From the NCBI GenBank assembly GCA_002269645.1, contig NIVC01002858.1:70729-134728 (forward strand): a DNA stretch of 64,000 nt, in the 5' to 3' direction. A program made the translations under genes and the position numbers. The notes beneath the pieces are model-generated. The model was not told where the DNA came from. It searched no databases and saw only the letters and a program-made list of their open reading frames with translations. Within the stretch, counting starts at the first letter, position 1. Each line of letters begins with the position of its first letter. This DNA comes from Macrostomum lignano (taxonomy: Eukaryota). Of the stretch, positions 46,560 through 58,393 are shown in pieces.

Positions 46560-49500
46560 ATGCTGTGCTCAGCACTGACTCTGATAATCCTTGTGACTGC
46601 TCAGGAATTCTACGAAGCCAAAGGTAAGAGATTTGGTGTCTCAGAATTGACCTGTGATTGTGTGATGTCGCGACTTCTCAGGCATATTTTTAATTCACCT
46701 TCACTTGTCTCAGCTTGCTCTGTTTTCTCTCCCGTCTGTCTTGTTCAGTCTTGTTATTTTCTCTCTTTCCCTCGCTGCCCTCTGATTGGCTCATTGCTCT
46801 CGCCTTCCTCTCGTCGCGAACTATTACGTGTGCTAATGCTGAGCAGTCTGCAAAAGTGACCTGTGATTGTGTGCTATTGGCACTGGCATCCCTCTGTTTT
46901 CTCGCCCTCTGTGTTTCTCTCCCTCTGTTTTCTCTCCCTCTGTTTTCTCTTTCTCTCCCTCTGTTTTCTCTTTCTCTCCCTCTGTTTTCTCTTTCTCTCC
47001 CTCTGTTTTCTCTCCCTCTGTTTTCTCTCCCTCTGTTTTCTCTCCCTCTGTTTTCTCTTTCTCTCCCTCTGTTTTCTCTTTCTCTCCCTCTGTTTTCTCT
47101 CCCTCTGTTTTCTCTCCCTCTGTTTTCTCTCCCTCTGTTTTCTCTTTCTCTCCCTCTGTTTTCTCTCCCTCTGTTTTCTCTCCCTCTGTTTTCTCGCCCT
47201 CTTCTGTTTTCTCTCCCTCTGTTTTCTCGCCCTCTTCTGTTTTCTCTCCCTCTGTTTTCTCTCCCTCTGTTTTCTCTCCCTCTGTTTTCTCGCCCTCTTC
47301 TGTTTTCTCTCCCTCTGTTTTCTCTCCCTCTGTTTTCTCTCCCTCTGTTTTCTCTCCCTCTGTTTTCTCTTTCTCTCCCTCTGTTTTCTCTTTCTCTCCC
47401 TCTGTTTTCTCTCCCTCTGTTTTCTCTTTCTCTCCCTCTGTTTTCTCTCCCTCTGTTTTCTCTCCCTCTGTTTTCTCGCCCTCTGTTTTCTCGCCCTCTT
47501 CTGTTTTCTCTCCCTCTGTTTTCTCTCCCTCTGTTTTCTCTCCCTCTGTTTTCTCTCCCTCTGTTTTCACGCCCTTTTCTGTTTTCTCTCCCTCTGTTTT
47601 CTCTCCCTCTGTTTTCTCTTTCTCTCCCTCTGTTTTCTCTCCCTCTGTTTTCTCTCCCTCTGTTTTCTCTCCCTCTGTTTTCGCTTTCCCTCTCTCGCTG
47701 CCCTCTAACTGGCTCTTGATCCCGCCCTTTTCTCGTCGCGGACTATACATGTGTTACGAATGATTCTGAGCAGTCTGCAAAACCGACCTGTGAAGTCATA
47801 AGCTTATAAAACACTATCACAACCTGTGAATTTCAGGTTCACCCATAAATCTGGAGCCCATGATTCCCGGTAAGTCTTGCTGGCTCTGCTGCAACATTCA
47901 CATTCTTAGCTTAACCTTTGTCCTGTCACTGTCTGCTTTTAATTCAAGCGCCTTCGAAGGGATGCCACCAATGGAGCCCGAAGGACGCCCTTCTCGACAT
48001 GGAGGTTAAAGAAGACTTCGACCGCATGAGCCAAGGAGTCTGCGCTACTCACTGCTTGATGCGCAAAAAGAAATACTTTGGCCTGGCTGATGGTCGACGG
48101 TGCTTCTGTGGAGATCAAATCGATAGCAAAACAATTGTTCCCAAGTTGGACTGCAACGTTCCATGTTTCAATTTTTCTGACGTTGAAAAGTGCGGCGGTA
48201 GTTCTGCCATGGAAGTATTCGATCTGGTGCCGGTTCCGAAAAACCACTCCGGCCAAAGCGCTCTGGATGTCTACGAACCTGAAGGTGAGAAATTTAAGTG
48301 CATCAGAATCGACCTTTTATCGTGTGCTAATATTGAGCAGTCTGCAAAACCGACCTGTGATTGTGTGCAATAACTAATCAGTCTGCAAAACCAAACTGTG
48401 ATTGTGTGCAATAACTAATCAGTCTGCAAAACTGACCTGTGATTGTGTGCAATAACTAATCAGTCTACAAAACCGACCTGTCATTGTGTGCAATAACTAA
48501 TCAGTCTTAGGAATGATGAGTCTGTCACATTATGAAGACTATTCAAGATTCTTTTATTTGTCAAGCTCAAATGTTCTGTAGCCAGCTAGTGAACTTTTAT
48601 TGACAAAATATTGAACTTTTTCAAAGCTTACAACAGTTTGTGAAGAGCTTGTAAGACTAAGAGCTAATGGTATAGTTGTCATATAAAACGCCATAAAAAC
48701 CTCATGAATTTCAGGTGCACCCATCGATATGCAGCCAATGATTCCCGGTAAGTCTTGCTAGCTCTGCTTCATCATTCGCATTCCTTTTTTTGCCTAACTT
48801 TCGTCCATTTTTCATTTAAGCGCCTTCAAAGGGATGCTACGTTTGGGGGAATCATTATTACGTTCTTGATAGAGAGATCAAAGAAGACTTCAAATACATG
48901 AGCCAACGAGTCTGCGCCTCTCACTGCTTGATGGAATTAGGATCTAAATACTTTGGCCTGGCTGATGGTAGACTGTGCTTCTGTGGAAATAAAATCCATA
49001 GCAAAATAATTGTTCCCAAGTTGGACTGCAACGTTCCATGTTTCAATTTTTCTGACGTTGAAAAGTGCGGCGGTAGTTCTGCCATGGAAGTATTCGATCT
49101 GGTGCCGGTTCCGAAAAACCACTCCGGCCAAAGCGCTCTGGATGTCTACGAACCTGAAGGTGAGAAATTTAAGTGCATCAGAATCGACCTTTTATCGTGT
49201 GCTAATATTGAGCAGTCTGCAAAACCGACCTGTGATTGTGTGCAATAACTAATCAGTCTGCAAAACCAAACTGTGATTGTGTGCAATAACTAATCAGTCT
49301 GCAAAACTGACCTGTGATTGTGTGCAATAACTAATCAGTCTGCAAAACCGACCTGTGATTGTGTGCAATAACTAATCAGTCTGCAAAACCGACCTGTGAT
49401 TGTGTGCAATAACTAATCAGTCTGCAAAACCAAACTGTGATTGTGTGCAATAACTAATCAGTCTGCAAAACCGACCTGTGATTGTGTGCAATAACTAATC

Positions 49501-52500
49501 AGTCTGCAAAACCGACCTGTGATTGTGTGCAATAACTAATCAGTCTGCAAAACCGACCTGTCATTGTGTGCAATAACTAATCAGTCTACAAAACCGACCT
49601 GTCATTGTGTGCAATAACTAATCAGTCTGCAAAACCGACCTGTGATTGTGTGCAATAACTAATCAGTCTGCAAAACCGACCTGTCATTGTGTGCAATAAC
49701 TAATCAGTCTGCAAAACCGACCTGTCATTGTGTGCAATAACTAATCAGTCTACAAAACCGACCTGTCATTGTGTGCAATAACTAATCAGTCTGCAAAACC
49801 GACCTGTGATTGTGTGCAATAACTAATCAGTCTGCAAAACCGACCTGTGATTGTGTGCAATAACTAATCAGTCTGCAAAACCGACCTGTGATTGTGTGCA
49901 ATAACTAATCAGTCTGCAAAACCGACCTGTCATTGTGTGCAATAACTAATCAGTCTGCAAAACCGACCTGTCATTGTGTGCAATAACTAATCAGTCTACA
50001 AAACCGACCTGTCATTGTGTGCAATAACTAATCAGTCTGCAAAACCGACCTGTGATTGTGTGCAATAACTAATCAGTCTGCAAAACCGACCTGTCATTGT
50101 GTGCAATAACTAATCAGTCTGCAAAACCGACCTGTGATTGTGTGCAATAACTAATCAGTCTACAAAACCGACCTGTCATTGTGTGCAATAACTAATCAGT
50201 CTGCAAAACCGACCTGTGATTGTGTGCAATAACTAATCAGTCTGCAAAACTGACCTGTGAATGTGTGCAATAACTAATCAGTCTACAAAGCCGACCTGTC
50301 ATTGTGTGCAATAACTAATCAGTCTTAGGAATGATGAGTCTGTCACATTATGAAGACTATTCAAGATTCCTTTATTTGTCAAGCTCAAATGTTCTGTAGC
50401 CAGCTAGTGAACTTTTATTGACAAAATATTGAACTTTTTCAAAGCTTACAACAGTTTGTGAAGAGCTTGTAAGACTAAGAGCTAATGGTATAGTTGTCAT
50501 ATAAAACGCCATAAAAACCTCATGAATTTCAGGTGCACCCATCGATATGCAGCCAATGATTCCCGGTAAGTCTTGCTAGCTCTGCTTCATCATTCGCATT
50601 CCTTTTTTTGCCTAACTTTCGTCCATTTTTCATTTAAGCGCCTTCGAAGGGATGCTACCATTGGGGAATCATTATTCCGTTCTTAGTAGAGAGATCAAAG
50701 AAGACTTCAAATACATGAGCCAACGAGTCTGCGCCTCTCACTGCTTGATGGAATTAGGATCTAAATACTTTGGCCTGGCTGATGGTAGACTGTGCCTCTG
50801 TGGAAATAAAATCCATAGCAAAACAATTGTTCCCAAGTTGGACTGCAAAGCTTCATGTTTCAACTATTTGTATCATAAAAAGTGCGGCGGTAGGGGCGCA
50901 ATAGAAGTATTCGATCTGAAGCCGGTACCGAAAATCTACTCCGGCCAAAGCGCTCTGGATGTCTACGAACCTGAAGGTGAGAAATTTAAGTGCATCAGAA
51001 TCGACCTGTTATCGTGTGCTAATATTGAGCAGTCTGCAAAACCGACCTGTGATTGTGTGCAATAACTAATCAGTCTGCAAAACCGACCTGTAATTGTGTG
51101 CAATAACTAATCAGTCTGCAAAACTGACCTGTGATTGTGTGCAATAACTAATCAGTCTGCAAAACCGACCTGTGATTGTGTGCAATAACTAATCAGTCTG
51201 CAAAACCGACCTGTGATTGTGTGCAATAACTAATCAGTCTGCAAAACCGACCTGTCATTGTGTGCAATAACTAATCAGTCTGCAAAACCGACCTGTGATT
51301 GTGTGCAATAACTAATCAGTCTGCAAAACTGACCTGTGAATGTGTGCAATAACTAATCAGTCTGCAAAACCGACCTGTGCTTGTGTGCAATAACTAATCA
51401 GTCTGCAAAACCGACCTGTGAATGTGTGCAATAACTAATCAGTCTGCAAAACCGACCTGTCATTGTGTGCAATAACTAATCAGTCTGCAAAACTGACCTG
51501 TCATTGTGTGCAATAACTAATCAGTCTGCAAAACCGACCTGTAATTGTGTGCAATAACTAATCAGTCTGAAAAACCGACCTGTGAATGTGTGCAATAAGT
51601 AATCAGTCTACAAAACCGACCTGTCATTGTGTGCAATAACTAATCAGTCTTAGGAATGATGAGTCTGTCACATTATGAAGACTATTCAAGATACTTTTAT
51701 TTGTCAAGCTCAAATGTTCTGTAGCCAGCTAGTGAACTTTTATTGACAAAATATTAAACTTTTTCAAAGCTTACAACAGTTTGTGAAGAGCTTGTAAAGA
51801 TTAAGAGCTAATGGTATAGTTGTCATATAAAACGCCATAAAAACCTCATGAATTTCAGGTGCACCCATCGATATGCAGCCAATGATTCCCGGTAAGTCTT
51901 GCTAGCTCTGCTTCATCATTCGCATTCCTTTTTTTGCCTAACTTTCGTCCATTTTTCATTTAAGCGCCTTCGAAGGGATGCTACCATTGGGGGAATGGTT
52001 ATTCCGTTCTTACTAGAGAGATCAAAGAAGACTTCAAATACATGAGCCAACGAGTCTGCGCCTCTCACTGCTTGATGGAAACAAGATGGAAATACTTTGG
52101 CCTGGCTGATGGTAGACGGTGCCTCTGTGGAAATAAAATCCAATCACAAATTATTCCCAAGTATTACTGCAACGCTTCATGTTTCAACTATTTGTATCAT
52201 AAAAAATGCGGCGGTAGGGGCGCAATAGAAGTATTCGATCTGAAGCCGGTACCGAAAATCTACTCCGGCCAAAGCGCTCTGGATGTCTACGAACCTGAAG
52301 GTGAGAAATTTAAGTGCATCAAAATCGACCTGTTATCGTGTGCTAATATTGAGCAGTCTGCAAAACCGACCTGTGATTGTGTGCAATAACTAATCAGTCT
52401 GCAAAACCAAACTGTGATTGTGTGCAATAACTAATCAGTCTGCAAAACCAAACTGTGATTGTGTGCAATAACTAATCAGTCTGCAAAACCAAACTGTGAT

Positions 52501-53285
52501 TGTGTGCAATAACTAATCAGTCTGCAAAACCAAACTGTGATTGTGTGCAATAACTAATCAGTCTGCAAAACCGACCTGTCATTGTGTGCAATAACTGAGC
52601 AGCCTCCTAAATTGAGTTGAGATTGTTTGCAATTATACAAACAAAAATAGTTTGCCACATTATGCAGGCTATTCACGCGTTGCTTTTTCAAGCTCAAAGT
52701 GTACGGAAAAGTGTATGAACTTTTATTGATTGTCTTCAAAACAAGATTGTCTTTCGGGGCAATAAAACAACAACTTTTTACAATCTGAAAATTTCAGCTT
52801 GTGAATATAGTATACTATTGAGCTCAAGAACGCCATCATAACCTGTAAATTTCAGGTGCACCCATCGATATGCAGCCCATGATTCCCGGTAAGTCTTGCT
52901 GGCTCTGCCTCATCATTCGCATTCTTTTACTTAACTTTCGTTCCATTTTTTTCAAGCGCCTTCGAAAGGATGCTACCTTTGGTACCTGAATGGAGATCAT
53001 AGAGATTTTGCTTTAAAATATGAAGTTGACGAAGACTTCAAATACATGAGCCAACGAGTCTGCGCCACTCACTGCTTGATGGAAAAAACTTGGAAATACT
53101 TTGGCCTGTTTGATGGTAGACGGTGCTTCTGTGGAGATGAAATCAGGTCCCGAAATGTTCTCAATTTGATATGCAACGTTCAATGTTACAACTATTTGTA
53201 TGGTGAAAAGTGCGGCGGTAGGGACGCAATGGAGATATTCGATCTGGTTCCGGTTCCGAAGAACTACTCTGGCGAAACTGCCTGA
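46560..53285 (+). CDS. Secreted multi-WSC-domain (putative carbohydrate-binding) protein with five tandem cassettes, about 635 aa if cassette 3 is frame-corrected
   Basis: Signal-peptide exon 46560-46623 (MLCSALTLIILVTAQ). 33-nt micro-exons at 47837-47869, 48715-48747, 50533-50565, 51859-51891 and 52856-52888. WSC exons at 47949-48284, 48821-49159, 50639-50976 (1-nt short), 51965-52300 and 52957-53285 (stop). All introns are phase 1. WSC pattern GC..MS..C..HC..KYFGL..G..CFCG..C..PC..KCGG..A.EVF. Confidence 0.85.
46890..47690. repeat. Polypyrimidine 15-bp array CTCTCCCTCTGTTTT in WSC-gene intron 1
   Basis: Flanked by a ~110-bp imperfect direct repeat (about 46760-46870 and 47680-47790). Confidence 0.97.
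48335..52598. repeat. Four arrays of a 41-bp unit TGTGCAATAACTAATCAGTCTGCAAAACCGACCTGTGATTG (about 48335-48505, 49210-50325, 51025-51648, 52350-52598)
   Basis: One array follows each internal WSC exon; copy number differs strongly between cassettes. Confidence 0.97.
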
Positions 53286-53889
53286 CTGATGAAAGCTGCT
53301 GAATTGGATGCTTGAACAGAAACTGTCGTTAAACATCTGTTTAAATGCAAAATATAAACAATTGCAATGTTTCAAACAACTCTTATTTTACTGACTTTAT
53401 CTAAAAACGGCACCAACTGCTGACTGACCCAAACCCTGATTTAACCATAGACTTAACCCTAAACCTAACCCTAATCAGAACCTGACCCTAACTCAATCCA
53501 ACCTAACCTTACTGTATCCAATCAGATGCTCCTATTTAATCGTTACTCGCATTATTTAGCTCACCTGCAAGTAAGGTTTTTTGATAGAATTGATAAATTT
53601 AAAGCGCTAATTTGTCTAAACTTCAATGTGGTACGATACCACCTGAATGTCTCTGGATTGGGTTTCTAGACAGGGTGTCTGGACATAGACCTCCCGACAC
53701 AGGTCTCTGACAGAGGTCTCCAGACAGAGTGAATTTAGTAACTGTAACTAACTAGCAATCTTCGCCCTCCCGATGGGGACATCTGGATAGAATCCTTGCT
53801 CTTTACAAATAACAAATAGACAGCGAAATAAAGCCTTCATAAAAAACAACAGACATTCCCTCTAAAAACAAAACATCCAAAGACAGCAT

Positions 53890-54355
53890 TCAAGCATCGA
53901 TCCCCAAATAGCAAGCATCCCCCAGACTGCAAGCATCCCCCAGATAGCAAGCACCCCCCCAGATAGCAAGCAACCCCAGGATAGCAAGCATCCCCCCAGA
54001 TAGCAAGCAACCCCAGGATAGCAAGCATCCCCCAGATAGCAAGCAACCCCCAGATAGCTAGCATAACCTGGATACAAAGAGACTTTATAGATATCTAGCA
54101 ACCCCCTCTCAGATAGCAAGTACCCTCCACCCCCCAAGAGCAAGCATCTTCCAATAGCAAGTTACCCCAGTAGCAAGCATCCTTCCGATAGCAAGCAACC
54201 CTCAGATAGCAAGCATCCCTCAGATAGCAAGCATCCCTCAGATAGCAAGCATCCCTCAGATAGCAAGCATCCCTCAGATAGCAAGCATCCCTCAGATAGC
54301 AATCATCCCCCTGATAGCAAGAAACCATCCTTAAATAGCAAGCATCCACCAGAGA
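53890..54355. repeat. About 18-19-bp minisatellite GATAGCAAGCATCCCTCA
   Basis: Intergenic tandem array. Confidence 0.92.
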
Positions 54356-54564
54356 ACAAGTAGCTAGTGCAACAATTTCCTTAGCTTTATAGGCTCCATT
54401 TTGTTTGGCATGACACTTCTTTTTATGTTTGAAACGGTGTCTCTTTTATGTTTGAAATGATAGCTCTTTTATGTTTGGCATGGTGGCTCTTTTATGTTTG
54501 ACATGGTGGCTCTTTTATGTTTAGCATTTTGTGTTTTTAAGGTGTTTTAATAAAAAAATTATTT

Positions 54565-54636
54565 TGCACTACTAAGATTCGAACCCAGGTCGCTACATTA
54601 GCAGTTCAGTCTGTTCGCATCATATAGGCTATCTCT
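54565..54636 (-). pseudogene. Degenerate tRNA-derived (SINE-like) fragment
   Basis: Minus strand TAGCCTATATGATG ... GGTTCGAATC at A/B-box spacing; no cloverleaf. Confidence 0.4.
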
Positions 54637-54959
54637 TTTCAATTGGAGAACATGAATTGTGGCCCTTATAGTTCAATACTTACAGCAAGTCGGTTAGAGT
54701 AAAAAGTTATGACATAATCAATTTCTCAGTCAGCCAGTATCAGTCTCAATTCAAGTTAGCAATATGGTTACGCAATTTAAATCAAGTCGTGTGCGCATTT
54801 CTTCGACACTGTTTTCAACTTGTTGTGATGCAATCTTTATCAGAATCAAAATTCAGTCAGTCAGTTTTTTCTCTAGCATTCTATCTTACAATGTGTTTCA
54901 AGTCTAAAATTTTGCTTGACCTTTGCAAAAAAGCTTGTTTTTCGAACATTGAGTAATTT

Positions 54960-55105
54960 CTTAGCCAGGATGCATGTACACCGTCCCAGGAAAATTTCTG
55001 ATCGAATGGTGCAAGTTTGAAGAAAATCGGTTGAGCCGTTTTTCTCTAATCGATCACACAGCTACATACATACATACATGCACAGACAACTCATTTTTAG
55101 GATAT
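54960..55105 (+). mobile_element. Non-autonomous Helitron-like (Lep1/DINE-type) 3' remnant
   Basis: AAGTTTGAAGAAAATCGGTTGAGCCGTTT followed by (TACA)n and a short tail resembles the widespread CATA-microsatellite Helitron ends (from recall). Confidence 0.45.
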
Positions 55106-56699
55106 AGGAAAATCGAACGCTAATTTAATAAATTTCAGAATGATAGATCATATTAATGTAGTTCATATCGATAGGTTATTTGAATGCAGGAATGTAATTA
55201 ATGATCGTTTCAGTTCCCCACGAGGAATTATAGGACGTTTGAATACAATGAATGTGCTGATTGATAATCATTTTAATTATCAAATCCTTTGTAATCGGTT
55301 GACTGATCGGAGCAGTTCTACCCGGACATCGATCTCCGGACAAAGGTCTCCGATATGTGTTTGGCTGTCTGTAGGTGTACAATCTAGTAGGGGAATCCGT
55401 CACTCTACCCAGTCGTGATCATATTGGCAGTGAAATTTACTGGGAGAATCCCGAGGCAAGGAGTTCTATAATGAGCACTATAATTAGCATCTGGAGTGGA
55501 AACGAGTTTTTAACTTTTACCTCTATCACGAGGCCACGCAGTTTGTAAACCTCATTTAGTCTTTTTTGCGAGTAGCATAGGCAGAGTCAGAATGAGTCAT
55601 AGACATTCAGTGCTGGCTCCATGCGGTGAAGATTATCTTAACAATTTGCGTGACCTCATGAGGTAAAAGTGAAAAACTCGTTTCCACTCCAAATGCTAGA
55701 ACTCCTTGCCCGGGCCCAACTTGGAGACCCATGTCTATGGTTGGAGACGTTTTATCGACATGTTTTGTTTTGTGGCTACCTCACCCCTTCCTTTAATATT
55801 TTTCGAACATCTGTTTTTAATGGCGTCAATTTCTTCTTTACCTTACCGTATAGGTAGCTGCATGTGTCACAGGCCAGGATATAGAACTCAGTTTTGTACC
55901 CAGTCAGGCAGAAATGAGCATCGGAGTCCGGTAGACAGAAAAGAAAGAGACAAGGATGCGGCTCACCCGGAGAAAATGAGTGATACTGTATGCGTAGCTG
56001 CGGCGCCCAGGCACATAGCCGACAGGGGGAGGAGGGCTACTTCCTAATTAAGCTACAGGTTGCACCTGCCCCTTCGCGATTCTCCTCCCCACCATAGCCT
56101 GGCCATAATTACAGGCCAGCCTGACAGTCTGCAAGGGTCTCAAACCATCCTTCCCTTCCCCACATATTTCTTTCTGCATTCTAGCAGCGTCTTGTGTCCC
56201 TCAGTCTGTAATTATTCTCAATTTTCGAGGCTTAGCTCTCGAGGACAGGCCGACTGCCGCGACTGCAGCAGGGAGCGGCGGTTGCCCGCTCGTGACACCG
56301 CGGCCGGTTGTCAGTGCAGCGGGATCGATCGGAACAGCTGTTGCTATTACGCAGTGCCGATGTTCAAGAAAGTGATGCTCAAAATACTGGCTTTTTTGAG
56401 CAGTGCGAAAAGCTGACCCCTGAAGCACTCGTACACACGCACCTTTTTCATTGTCAGGCCTCTGTGCACACACTCCGTGTCCTGGTAATTGGCTAATCGT
56501 GTAGTTTGGCTAGCAACTAAGCCTCGCCATGAATTTTTTTATGTAATATTTCCTTGATAAAAATTTGAGAATAGACAGACGGTTAGAATAGCATTTAAGT
56601 TCAGTTAGAAAACAAACGGTTTTGGAATTTGCGCAAACGGAATTTTTTCTTTTTAACTGAAATAAAAAGTTATTTTTAGAGTCTAAGGAAATCGTAGGG

Positions 56700-57240
56700 A
56701 ATCTAAGGATTTTTATAGAAGCTCCTAGGGACTCTCAGAGACTCTTAAACTCTTATAAACTTTTAGGGGACTATATAGGGTACTTTTAGGGAACTCTTAC
56801 AGACTGAATGGGACTCACAGACTCTGAGGAGTCGTAGTGACTCAAGGGGACTCTTAGGGACTCTTAGGGACTCATATAAGACTCTATGGGACTCTTAGGG
56901 ACTCACATAGACTCTATGGGACTCTTAAAAACTCATATAGACTCTTAGGGACTCTCATAGACTCGAAGGGACTCTTAGGGACTCTTATAGACTCGAAGGG
57001 ACTCTTAGGGACTCTTAGGGACTCTTATAGACTCAATGGGACTCTTAGGGACTCATATAGACTCTATCGGAATCTTAGGGACTCTTATAGACTCAATGGG
57101 ACTCTTAGGGACTCATATAGACTCTATCGGAATCTTAGGGACTCCTTTAGACTCAATGGGACTCTTAGGGACTCATATAGACTGTATGGGAATCTTAGGG
57201 ACTCTTACAGACTCTAGGGGACTCTTAAGGACTCCTAGAC
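56700..57240. repeat. 10/30-bp minisatellite built on GACTCTTAGG / GACTCTATGG
   Basis: Tandem array. Confidence 0.92.
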
Positions 57241-57614
57241 GTGACTTAATTTAAGAGAGCGCCGCGCCATTTTCATTTGAAATTCTGTATGCAGCCCTTA
57301 TCACTTTCTCTTCCTCTTCCTTCAACCCCTCCCCCGTCAAAGCCAGTGCTTTGTCTCAGCGAATCACCGAGTCCCAGAAGTTGTTTATCCCTAGCTATTC
57401 AAGCTGAGGCATCGCGGGTAGAAGGCAGGAAAAGCCGCCTGTTTACTTCTTTCAAGGAGTTTCTTGCCCGAGTCGACGAGCCAGGCTGACTTTACTGGAC
57501 GGGTGAGGCCCTGTTTTGTTTGTAATTCTATCTATTTGTTGTCTGCTGAAATCATATTTTTATGAAATTTTTACTAGAAAAGTGGGTAAGCAGCGAAGTA
57601 AGGTAATCAGTAAG

Positions 57615-58332
57615 CTTGGTGGGCAGTTTAGTTGGTGAAAAGTGTAGTGGGTGAGCAGTGAGGTGGGTGAGCAGTGAGATGGGTGAGCAGTGAGATGGGT
57701 GAGCAGTGAGATGGGTGAGCAGTGAGATGGGTGAGCAGTGAGATGGGTGAGCAGTGAGATGGGTGAGCAGTGAGATGGGTGAGCAGTGAGATGGGTGAGC
57801 AGTGAGGTAAGTGAGCAGTGAGGTGGGTGAGCAGTGAGGTAAGTGAGCAGTGAGGTAAGTGAGCAGTGGGGTGGGTGAGCAGTGAGGTAAGTGAGCAGTG
57901 GGGTGGGTGAGCAGTGGGGTGGTGAGCAGTGAGGTGGTGAGCAGTGGGGTGGGTGAGCAGTGGGGTGGGTGAGCAGTGAGGTGGTGAGCAGTGGGGTGGT
58001 GAGCAGTGAGGTAAGTGAGCAGTGGGGTGGGTGAGCAGTGAGGTAAGTGAGCAGTGGGGTGGGTGAGCAGTGGGGTGGTGAGCAGTGAGGTAAGTGAGCA
58101 GTGGGGTGAGCAGTGAGGTAAGTGAGCAGTGAGGTAAGTGAGCAGTGGGGTGGGTGAGCAGTTAGGTGGTTGAACAGTGGGGTGGGTGAGCAGTGAGGTA
58201 AGTGAGCAGTGAGGTGGGTGAGCAGTGAGGTAAGTGAGCAGTGGGTGGGTGAGCAGTGAGGTAAGTGAGCAGTGGGGTGGGTGAGCAGTGAGGTAAGTGA
58301 GCAGTGGGGTGGGTGAGCAGTGGGGTGGGTGA
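57615..58332. repeat. 16-bp minisatellite GTGAGCAGTG(AGGTAA/GGGTGG/AGATGG)
   Basis: Intron upstream of the 58394 exon. Confidence 0.96.
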
Positions 58333-58393
58333 AATGAAACGAGCACAATCATAAGTTCTGCTTTAAACTGATTAAAACGATTTCATAATGCAG

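Noticed and set aside
46715-47763. EGEKT and FSLPL repeat ORFs
   Set aside because: A polypyrimidine satellite inside WSC intron 1; open in most frames.
48285-48373. Apparent C-terminal peptide EKFKCIRIDLLSCANIEQSAKPTCDCVQ at the end of each WSC ORF
   Set aside because: It follows a strong conserved donor (GAAG|GTGAGA) and overlaps the first satellite unit, so it was treated as intron. Retention giving short forms cannot be excluded without RNA data.
53286-53332. CTGATGA..GAA..GTC hammerhead-like string after the WSC stop
   Set aside because: It lacks one core A and has no stem I; likely chance.
53440-53510. CCCTAA-like telomeric motifs
   Set aside because: Only a few degenerate units; not a telomere array.
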